DNA from: Promethearchaeota archaeon
GTDB lineage: Archaea; Asgardarchaeota; Lokiarchaeia; Sigyniarchaeales; SOKP01
Direction: 5' to 3'
DNA length: 14,038 nucleotides
Assembly (NCBI GenBank): GCA_048941265.1
Contig: JBHLNT010000107.1
Coordinates: forward strand, 1 to 14,038
Made by a program: the position numbers and the translations under genes. The notes below the pieces were generated by a model. That model saw only the letters and a list, made by a program, of their open reading frames with translations. It had not been told where the DNA came from and ran no database searches. Positions 7,091-14,038 of the stretch are shown one piece after another; the first letter of the stretch is position 1; the number at the start of each line of letters is the position of its first letter.

Positions 7091-8257
7091 TTATTTATGA
7101 ACTTTTCCAGAAGTATCTTCAACTGTGATATCTTCTTCTTTAATAACCTCTTCTTTAATCGGTTTGGATTCATCAATTTGAGTATTGCATACCCAACATA
7201 AATTTTCTAAATTGCTCAACGCTTCAGCACATTTAAAACAATAAATAGCATCGCATTTCGGACACATGTAATTAAGTCTTGACACTTTCGCTTTACATAC
7301 CAGGCAAATTTTTTGTTCTTTATGAAATGTAACTTCCTCCTCTGTTATATGAGAAGGTTTTACAAATGCACTTAGATAATCGCGATCATCATCTTTCTGT
7401 TGTAGAATTTCCTTTAAAACTTTCGGAAGTTTTGATATATTCACAATACGCGTAATTGAGTAAAAACAATTCAATGAAGTTATAAAAATTCCAAGTATGG
7501 CAAAAAATAATACAGTAATGAACATATAATAGACTATGAGGAATAGAACATATATGAATAACATTGTAATGTTGAATGTTATGAAGATTTCCCACACTTT
7601 TTTTGATTTTAAGAGTTTTTCTGGATTAAAAATTGTGGGTATTAAGCACATAAGCACTCCGACTATTATAAATAGTGAGGGCAATGCCGGGTGGATAATC
7701 TTTAAATTTTTTATCTCAGCGGCCTCCAAGGAAACTCCGGAAACCATTAAAATCAACCCCGTTATTATAGGAATTAGGATTGCTTGGGTTTCTTTTTGTA
7801 GATTTTTTGTGAACCATAACACTCCTCCTAATCCCATAACCAATAGAATTCCTAAAATTATGTAGAAAAAAGGTCTCGCACTATCCAATGGTAATATTAC
7901 AATTATAAATAAGGAGATTAGATTTATTGCGGTTATGATGTACTTAGTTTTTTTTAAAATACGCTCAAAAAAGAAAAAAGCAGCGGTTATTCCAATAAAT
8001 AAACTAATATATCCTAATTTTACCATTAACTCGAATGGGGGGTATGTATTCTCATAATCCCCGTAATATTCATGTCCGGAGTAGGAACCAATTACTAGGA
8101 AATCACTAAAATAGAAAATAATTCTTTGAAAGGCAAGACCAAAGAAGAAACTGGCAAATCCTAACATTAGTAATTTTTCAGTAGATGTCCCTCTTTTATA
8201 TGCAAGATTACAGAAGTGAATACCTGCAAAGAGTAATACGTATATTGAACTAACCAT
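7091..8257 (-). CDS. Polytopic (~9 TM) membrane protein with a C-terminal 8-Cys double zinc finger (C4C4 RING-like)
   Basis: About nine hydrophobic helices followed by ITEEEVTFHKEQKI-CLVC-x10-CPKC-x4-CFKC-x10-CWVC (7187-7306). The frame stays open upstream to 8326, so the start is uncertain. Confidence 0.82.
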   Translation of the reverse strand: MVSSIYVLLFAGIHFCNLAYKRGTSTEKLLMLGFASFFFGLAFQRIIFYFSDFLVIGSYSGHEYYGDYENTYPPFELMVKLGYISLFIGITAAFFFFERILKKTKYIITAINLISLFIIVILPLDSARPFFYIILGILLVMGLGGVLWFTKNLQKETQAILIPIITGLILMVSGVSLEAAEIKNLKIIHPALPSLFIIVGVLMCLIPTIFNPEKLLKSKKVWEIFITFNITMLFIYVLFLIVYYMFITVLFFAILGIFITSLNCFYSITRIVNISKLPKVLKEILQQKDDDRDYLSAFVKPSHITEEEVTFHKEQKICLVCKAKVSRLNYMCPKCDAIYCFKCAEALSNLENLCWVCNTQIDESKPIKEEVIKEEDITVEDTSGKVHK

Positions 8258-8409
8258 TGCAAACCGGTTAATCGGATCAAAAACTAAAACTGTTGTAATA
8301 TTGAATCGCCTTAATCTGAAAAAAATTTACATAGAAATTAAAATATTAATGAAATTATATAAATTTTTAATGTTCACCTATATATTTTTTTCTTAATAAT
8401 AATACATTG

Positions 8410-8467
8410 AATAAAAAACAAGGGTAATAAAAAGATAATAATAAAAATAAAGAGTAAAAATAAAGGA
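8410..8467 (-). terminator. T-rich terminator region downstream of the GRE gene
   Basis: The minus strand reads TCCTTTATTTTTACTCTTTATTTTTATTATTATCTTTTT immediately after the stop codon: several T5 tracts. Confidence 0.5.
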
Positions 8468-11431
8468 TTAATTCGAATATTCGTGGCGTTCTATCAATTC
8501 TAATTGCATATCCTTAGTCAATTTAGTGAAATACGCATTATAACCCGAAACTCTCACTAAAAGCCATCGATAATCTTCAGGATTTTTCATGGCTTCTCTC
8601 ATCATATCTGAAGATACCACATTAAACTGCCATTGCATACCTCCTAAATCGAAGAAACTCTGTACATAGCTTGTAAAATGGTTCAACGTCTCAGGATGTG
8701 AATCCCCAGGATGAGGAACTAGTTTCACGTTGAATGAAGCGTTATTTGCCATTTTTAAATGATCTAATGCGGCAACACTTTGGATACTCGGTAGTAAAAT
8801 ATCTGTTGTCCCTGCAGCAGGTGTTAATCCCGGAGTTAATGATTTACCTTTCTTTCTTCCAGATGGTAGAGCTCCAGTAAGCATCCCCCATCCACAATGG
8901 TAAGAAATAGACCAATATCCCACAAGATACTTCCCACCCCTGTAATTAGGTGTAGCATTATATAGCTCATAGCAGTAATCAACTAAATCTTGCGCTAATT
9001 CTATAGTTCCATTTTCACCGGAGCCAAATTTTGGAACCCTTTCTATTCTCTTTAATAAGTTTTCATGACCATTACTAAAATCATCATCGATTGCGTTTAA
9101 TAATTTAGTGAAATCAATCTCGTTATTTTTATAAATTAGATCTTTCACTACAAGAAGGTTATCAACGACATCTGTAAGAGCAACCAGAGCGACACCTGAC
9201 GTATTATATATTGCTCCACCTTGAATAAGATCCTTTCCCTTTTCTAAAGGGCCATCATAGAAAGAAGACAATAAGGGAGTAGGATGGATATATTCATGAG
9301 CCTTACCTAAATAATTATTAATTTCAATTGATTTGTCCACTAAATATTTGAGCTGGATTTTATAAGCATTATAGAAATCTTCAAATGTTGGGAATACTGT
9401 TCTAACATCACCGGTTTCAGGTCCTATTTTATTTCCTGATAGAGGACTAACTCCATTATATAAGGTCATCTCAAGCGGTGCGATCAGGTTTAACAGCATG
9501 CAATTTGTGTGCCCGTAATGCCTTCCGACTATTGTAGGCTCAACGCAACCTGTGGCAGCCCAATCCCTCGCATCTTCAATGGAAAAACCCTCATGCACTA
9601 AAGCTTCAATCATAGTCTTATCATTATGAATAGACGGTGAGGCACCCATATTAATATTTACTTCGCATAAACGTCTTAAGTATTCTTTCGAATTAATATC
9701 CGGATAATATCTGGCGTTCATATTAGGATCTTGGAAACCCAGCATTTCATTTGTCTTTAAAATAAGAAAAGTCATGTCATTTACGGCATTATTGCCCTCC
9801 CGATCTACTCCTCCGACAGTTACAGTATCATCCGATGAGCTACCCCCGAATAATTTCCAACCTACATTTGGAATACAGGGGTCATGATCATTAATTCTTA
9901 AGAATAAGGATCCTACAAGTTCAATCGTTCTTCTTATAATTGCTTCTTTTTCTGGATCATTTGAAGCTTTAGAAATATCACTCATAAAGAATGGCTGCAA
10001 CATTTGATCTAATCTTCCAATCGATAAAGCGGAATTTGCATTTTCACAATGAAGACAAACAAAACTGGTCCAAATTGATTGAACTGCTTCATGAATTGTT
10101 TCTGCGGGTTTAGCCGGGACTTTAGCGCACATTCTGGAGATTTCTTTTAATTCATCGATACGTTTTACCTGTTCTGGATCATTTGGGTCGAAAGTATCGG
10201 CAATTCTTAGAGCCTCTTCGCTTAAGTGCTTAGAATAAGCCAGAGCACCTTCAATTGCTATTTGTATAGCTTTATAGAAATTCTTTTTCTTTTCTGAATC
10301 GGCCTCTTTCTCCATTTTAGCAGCTTTATCTTTTATATTTTCTAACCCCTCGTTAAGAATTTTTGGAAAGCCGGGTACAGTATGAGAAATTGCATTATTC
10401 TTCATCATGAAGTAAAATAACCAGCTTTCTTCTAATTGTTGCGATATTGGATTATTGTACTTTTTACGACAATATTCTCTTACGTTTCTATCCATCCAAT
10501 ATGGAAAAACTTCAAGACTTAAAATATCAGCATCATTTTGTGAAAGGTCATTCGGATTAAGTTCTCGATTACATATAGTATTTAATTCCGGCCATAGCGC
10601 AGTCCCTATAAGTTCGGGATAAATTGGAATACCAACCTCTTTTGATGTGGTGGAACCTGCTATTAAGTGTTTTTCGTGAATTATTGGTCTTTTGTTTGTC
10701 ATTATATGGTTTACAGCCATAGCCTGCCTTAATTCTGGATCAAAAGGATTACCTGCTTTATCAACCTCAAATCCGTTTTCTCGATGAAATTCAGTTAATA
10801 ATACAGGTCTTTCTACACAAACTGCAGGCTTTAAAGCAAAACGTCTATTTTTTAAATATTTTAAACGCGGAAAATCGCTTATAGAATATTTGGCGAGATA
10901 AGGATCTTCTAAAACTTGTACTTTATCAATTTTACGATTTAAACTCTCGTTTTTAAGCTTTCGGCCATGCTCATCCTCGTCTAAATCTTTAATTGGATAA
11001 ATCATTTGATTTTCGGGACCTTTATATTTAATCTTTTTAGCACCCAAAACAAGTGAAGTGAGGTAAGAAAATTTCGTCAGGTAAGACATGTTTCCGGTAT
11101 ATCCCATTTCATTCGTGAGAAGGTAATCAAGAGACTCCTCGGCACTTTTATCATAGAGGTTGGCTAATGTTTCTTTGTCTTTATAATAAATCGTAACGTT
11201 CGGATCATCAATTTTGCCCTCGCTAAAGGTCATTTTCCCATTATTAAATATCAGGTAACAATAAACCTTATCGTCAAGAGTTTTAAACTGGTATTTTGCA
11301 TTAAAGATAAAACCAGTTTTTTCATTATATATTTCTCTTCGCAATTTTCTGCGAGTATCGAATACCATTCCGAGCAAATCTAAGGATTCTTTAAATTTTT
11401 CTATTTTTTGATCGACTGTTAATTCTGTCAT
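8468..11431 (-). CDS. Glycyl radical enzyme (eliminase-type, PFL superfamily) with an N-terminal SCP2-like domain
   Basis: Glycyl radical loop LLVRVSGYNAYF (RVSGY at 8540-8554); single-Cys loop ATGCVEP (GCVEP at 9536-9550); SIGRLDQ, TVGGVD, PKFG, GALPSGR, QFNVVS. Residues ~30-130 (KYQFKT..VYCYLIFNNGKMTFSEGKIDDPNVTIYYKD...MGYTGNMSYLTKF) fit an SCP2 sterol-carrier pattern. AAGGT SD-like motif upstream. Confidence 0.93.
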   Translation of the reverse strand: MTELTVDQKIEKFKESLDLLGMVFDTRRKLRREIYNEKTGFIFNAKYQFKTLDDKVYCYLIFNNGKMTFSEGKIDDPNVTIYYKDKETLANLYDKSAEESLDYLLTNEMGYTGNMSYLTKFSYLTSLVLGAKKIKYKGPENQMIYPIKDLDEDEHGRKLKNESLNRKIDKVQVLEDPYLAKYSISDFPRLKYLKNRRFALKPAVCVERPVLLTEFHRENGFEVDKAGNPFDPELRQAMAVNHIMTNKRPIIHEKHLIAGSTTSKEVGIPIYPELIGTALWPELNTICNRELNPNDLSQNDADILSLEVFPYWMDRNVREYCRKKYNNPISQQLEESWLFYFMMKNNAISHTVPGFPKILNEGLENIKDKAAKMEKEADSEKKKNFYKAIQIAIEGALAYSKHLSEEALRIADTFDPNDPEQVKRIDELKEISRMCAKVPAKPAETIHEAVQSIWTSFVCLHCENANSALSIGRLDQMLQPFFMSDISKASNDPEKEAIIRRTIELVGSLFLRINDHDPCIPNVGWKLFGGSSSDDTVTVGGVDREGNNAVNDMTFLILKTNEMLGFQDPNMNARYYPDINSKEYLRRLCEVNINMGASPSIHNDKTMIEALVHEGFSIEDARDWAATGCVEPTIVGRHYGHTNCMLLNLIAPLEMTLYNGVSPLSGNKIGPETGDVRTVFPTFEDFYNAYKIQLKYLVDKSIEINNYLGKAHEYIHPTPLLSSFYDGPLEKGKDLIQGGAIYNTSGVALVALTDVVDNLLVVKDLIYKNNEIDFTKLLNAIDDDFSNGHENLLKRIERVPKFGSGENGTIELAQDLVDYCYELYNATPNYRGGKYLVGYWSISYHCGWGMLTGALPSGRKKGKSLTPGLTPAAGTTDILLPSIQSVAALDHLKMANNASFNVKLVPHPGDSHPETLNHFTSYVQSFFDLGGMQWQFNVVSSDMMREAMKNPEDYRWLLVRVSGYNAYFTKLTKDMQLELIERHEYSN

Positions 11432-11514
11432 TCTTAAAATACCTTTTAATAAATTTCTATAACTTGGAATTTTTTAATTCTTGTAAATTGGGAATATTAT
11501 AAAAGTTTTGTTTC

Positions 11515-11564
11515 AGATTATATAAATATTATTTTTACCTTGTAAAAGAAAAATACTATAATCT
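11515..11564. promoter_or_regulatory. Nested ~50-bp imperfect inverted repeat in the GRE/esterase divergent promoter
   Basis: Outer arms AGATTATA (11515-11522) / TATAATCT (11557-11564) and inner arms TTTTAC (11533-11538) / GTAAAA (11542-11547) share a centre at about 11540. Confidence 0.45.
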
Positions 11565-11633
11565 CCTTTACTAATAAAATATTAAATATCCTAATACAAT
11601 TTTAAAAGTTAACTAAATTAGTGATTAAACAAA

Positions 11634-12623
11634 ATGACATTACTAATAAGTCCAAAATTACGTTCAGATGTGAAAAAGATAATGGAACTTAGAAATTCTT
11701 ATGCAGAAATAGCAACAGAAGAATTTTTAAGTAAAAAAAAGAGTCAAGGGATCAAAATTACTGAAAAAACGTTGCTAAGTGATCGGAGCATAGCTTTGGA
11801 ATATCAACGCTATTTATCAGCATTCACTGCCCAAAAAAGAAATGTTTTAATTCCTAAAACAACAGTATTTGAGCGAATCAATACTGATGGAGTACCTGCT
11901 GAATGGATTATTACTCCTAATGCTGAAAAAAAAAAAGTACTTTTTCACCTATTCGGAGGAGGATATGTTATGGGAACAATTGAAACTAGAAGATGGTTAC
12001 CGTTTCTTATGGCTCGTGCATCGAAAATACGTGCCTTAATTATTGGATATCGATTAGCTCCTGAACATCCTTTTCCAGCCGCACTAGAAGACTCCATAAC
12101 AGCATATCGTTGGGTCTTATCTACAGGAATTTCCTCCCAAAATATAGTACTTAGCGGTGATTCAGCAGGTGGAGCCTTAGTAGTATCAACTCTAATAAGA
12201 TTACGTGAATTAAATCTCCCATTACCCGCTGGAGCTGTGCTTCTATCACCTTGGACGGATTTGGCATGTACGGGAGGATCTTTGGAAAGCAATGCAGAGT
12301 ATGAACCTGGTATCACAATTCCAGTATTAAGGGCGATGGCGAAGCTATATTACAAAGATAAGAGCCCAAAAGATCCTCTGATCTCACCGCTTTATGCTAA
12401 TTTAGAAAAGCTTCCACCGATGCTTATTCATGTAGGAAACATAGAATCATTAAGGGATGATTCGGTAAGATTAGCAGATCGCGCCAAAGCCGCTGGAATT
12501 AATGTAGAATTAAAAATCTGGGAAGATATGACCCATGTGTTTCAAAATTATTATAATGATATTCCTGAAAGTAATCAATCTATTGAATATATTAGTATAT
12601 TTATTCAAAAAGTATTAAATTAA
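11634..12623 (+). CDS. Alpha/beta hydrolase, hormone-sensitive lipase (family IV) esterase/lipase
   Basis: GDSAGG nucleophile elbow (GDSAG at 12156-12170), YRLAPEHPFPAALED, LLSPWTDL, ISPLYA, LPPMLIHVGNIESLRDDS, WEDMTHVF. The oxyanion motif reads FGGGY. GTGA SD-like motif at 11621-11624. Confidence 0.93.
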   Translation: MTLLISPKLRSDVKKIMELRNSYAEIATEEFLSKKKSQGIKITEKTLLSDRSIALEYQRYLSAFTAQKRNVLIPKTTVFERINTDGVPAEWIITPNAEKKKVLFHLFGGGYVMGTIETRRWLPFLMARASKIRALIIGYRLAPEHPFPAALEDSITAYRWVLSTGISSQNIVLSGDSAGGALVVSTLIRLRELNLPLPAGAVLLSPWTDLACTGGSLESNAEYEPGITIPVLRAMAKLYYKDKSPKDPLISPLYANLEKLPPMLIHVGNIESLRDDSVRLADRAKAAGINVELKIWEDMTHVFQNYYNDIPESNQSIEYISIFIQKVLN

Positions 12624-12630
12624 TAATTAT

Positions 12631-12646
12631 TTTCTATTCTTTTTTT
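12631..12646 (+). terminator. Oligo-T terminator candidate after the esterase
   Basis: TTTCTATTCTTTTTTT with a T7 run at 12640-12646, just after the stop codon. Confidence 0.45.
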
Positions 12647-12700
12647 GATTTAAATTTAAATTTTTAATATTCATTCTTATTTTCCATTGAGTTAAATCCT

Positions 12701-12713
12701 AAAGATTTATATA
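12701..12713 (+). promoter_or_regulatory. BRE/TATA promoter of the AOR gene
   Basis: Purine-rich AAAGA followed by the canonical archaeal TATA box TTTATATA (12706-12713); AGGAG SD at 12771-12775. Confidence 0.55.
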
Positions 12714-12785
12714 TACTGCCTTCTAAAATTTGATACAATTATCCATTTAATTTGTTTAAAAATAAAAAAAAGGAGTATAAATAAT

Positions 12786-14038
12786 ATGCCTAACGGATAT
12801 ATGGGAAAAATTTTATGGGTAAATCTTTCTGATGAGGCTTTTAAGGAAGAACAATTATCCGATGAGATTTATCGTCAATTTTTTGGAGGATATGGCTTAG
12901 CAACCAGATTAATCTATGAGAATTTACCGGCAAAAGTTGATCCTCTTAGTCCAGATGCGTTATTAGGATTCTTTCCAGGATTGCTAACTGGTACAGTAGC
13001 TCCTTTATCAGGACGTTTCATGGTCGCTGGAAAGTCCCCTTTAACTGGAGGGTGGGGAGATGCCAACTGTGGGGGTTATTTTGGTCCAGAAGTTAAAAAT
13101 TGTGGCTATGATGCGATCTTAGTTAAGGGAGCAGCAACGGGCCCTAAACTTATTGTTATTATTGATGACGATAAGCAAATTTTAGATGCTTCGGATTTAT
13201 GGGGGCTAGATGTTGTTCAAATTGAAAATAAATTGGCAGAAAAATATGGAAGGGTTCAAGTTGCAAGTATAGGACAATCTGGAGAAAAATTATCTCTCAT
13301 ATCTGGAATAGTAAATGATAAGGGAAGAATTGCAGGAAGATCTGGTTTGGGTGCAGTCATGGGATCTAAAAAATTAAAAGCCATTGTCTTAAAGGGAAAA
13401 AAGGATATAAGCCTTGCTGACAAAGAAAGTGTTCTTAATCTTACAAAAGAGTATAATGATTCTATTGCTAAAGGAGGAGGCCTAGTAACAGGTTTTAAAA
13501 CGTTTGGCACGACTATGGGAAATACATTTTGCGCCCAAACTGGAGATACACCGATTAAAAATTGGGGGGGCACATCTGTAGAAGATTTTCCTGTTGAGAG
13601 ATATAATAATCTAGCGGGTATGGAAATAAATAAATATAGAGAGAAACCTTATGGATGTTTTTCTTGTCCAGTTCGGTGTGGCTCTATCATGAAACTACCT
13701 GAATTAGGACTTGAAGAAACCCATCGCCCAGAATATGAAACCTGTGCTAGCTTTGGGCATCTTCTGCTCAATGATGATCTCATGTCTATCTTTATGATAA
13801 ATGATTTATGTAATAGGGCGGGAATAGATACTATTTCTGCAGGTGGATCAGTTGCTTTTGCAATAGAATGTTATGAAAATGGGATTCTAAATAAAGTTGA
13901 CACCGACGGGCTTGAATTATCTTGGGGAAATTCTACTGCAATTATTGACTTAACTAAAAAGATAATAAATCGAGAAGGGATCGGAGATTTATTAGCGGAT
14001 GGTTGCAAAATTGCTTCCGAAAAGATTGGAAAAGGTAG
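12786..14038 (+). CDS. aor: Tungsten-dependent aldehyde:ferredoxin oxidoreductase family protein, 3'-truncated by the window edge
   Basis: Absent from the ORF track because it has no stop in the window. Manual translation from ATG 12786: MPNGYMGKILWVNLS...GGYGLA...KSPLTGGWGDANCGG...GYDAI...IGQSGE...GRSGLGAVMGSKKLKAI...CFSCPVRC...PEYET...NRAGIDTIS...WGN...REGIGDLLADG. These are AOR pterin- and Fe-S-binding signatures. Confidence 0.95.
   Translation, partial: MPNGYMGKILWVNLSDEAFKEEQLSDEIYRQFFGGYGLATRLIYENLPAKVDPLSPDALLGFFPGLLTGTVAPLSGRFMVAGKSPLTGGWGDANCGGYFGPEVKNCGYDAILVKGAATGPKLIVIIDDDKQILDASDLWGLDVVQIENKLAEKYGRVQVASIGQSGEKLSLISGIVNDKGRIAGRSGLGAVMGSKKLKAIVLKGKKDISLADKESVLNLTKEYNDSIAKGGGLVTGFKTFGTTMGNTFCAQTGDTPIKNWGGTSVEDFPVERYNNLAGMEINKYREKPYGCFSCPVRCGSIMKLPELGLEETHRPEYETCASFGHLLLNDDLMSIFMINDLCNRAGIDTISAGGSVAFAIECYENGILNKVDTDGLELSWGNSTAIIDLTKKIINREGIGDLLADGCKIASEKIGKG

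Noticed and set aside
7389-7865. ORFs 7389..7595 (-) and 7536..7865 (+)
   Set aside because: Both lie within the membrane-protein CDS (alternate frame and antisense); no independent evidence.
8468-11431. Annotation as pyruvate formate-lyase (pflB) or cutC
   Set aside because: Lacks the PFL CC pair; GCVEP alone does not establish CutC, and no cut or microcompartment genes are nearby.
11926-11936. A11 homopolymer in the esterase as a phase-variation site
   Set aside because: The frame is intact (EKKKV) and long A runs are common in this AT-rich, Lys-rich sequence; there is no evidence of slippage without reads.
11945-12316. 123-aa minus-strand ORF
   Set aside because: Antisense shadow of the esterase.
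12648-12661. Palindrome ATTTAAATTTAAAT after the esterase
   Set aside because: Low-complexity A/T sequence next to the terminator tract; not distinguishable from chance.
13256-13573. 105-aa minus-strand ORF in the track
   Set aside because: Antisense to the AOR gene, which is the real CDS here.
14036-14038. Terminal TAG as the AOR stop codon
   Set aside because: Out of frame (the frame reads AAA GGT AG.), and the protein is shorter than a complete AOR at this point.
1-14038. CRISPR array, tRNA/rRNA genes, IS elements or provirus
   Set aside because: No regularly spaced repeats, GC-rich structured RNA blocks, transposase/integrase motifs or terminal repeats were seen; all spacers are short and AT-rich.

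Overview
AT-rich (roughly 30% GC by eye) archaeal chromosomal segment, probably from an Asgard archaeon (Lokiarchaeia/Promethearchaeota-like). That placement is inferred from TATA-box promoters, oligo-T terminators, mostly stand-alone genes, a membrane-anchored TIR protein and a polytopic membrane protein with an 8-Cys zinc finger. It holds ten CDSs: a 5'-truncated hypothetical protein, an Old Yellow Enzyme-family flavin oxidoreductase, a radical SAM/Twitch-SPASM enzyme, a 2TM-TIR protein, an atypical homocitrate/isopropylmalate synthase-family enzyme divergent from an M20 (ArgE/DapE-like) amidohydrolase, a ~9TM protein with a C4C4 RING-like finger, a 987-aa glycyl radical enzyme (GRE) with an N-terminal SCP2-like domain divergent from an HSL-family esterase, and a 3'-truncated tungsten aldehyde:ferredoxin oxidoreductase (AOR) missing from the ORF track. 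The best candidate for an undescribed system is the SCP2-GRE + esterase + AOR group, a possible anaerobic radical route for breaking down lipid-like substrates, with an inverted repeat in the shared promoter region. Other points of interest are two eukaryote-like membrane signalling architectures, a duplicated promoter/operator linking the OYE and radical SAM genes, several active-site substitutions, and a uORF/hairpin leader. No RNA genes, CRISPR arrays or mobile elements were recognised.
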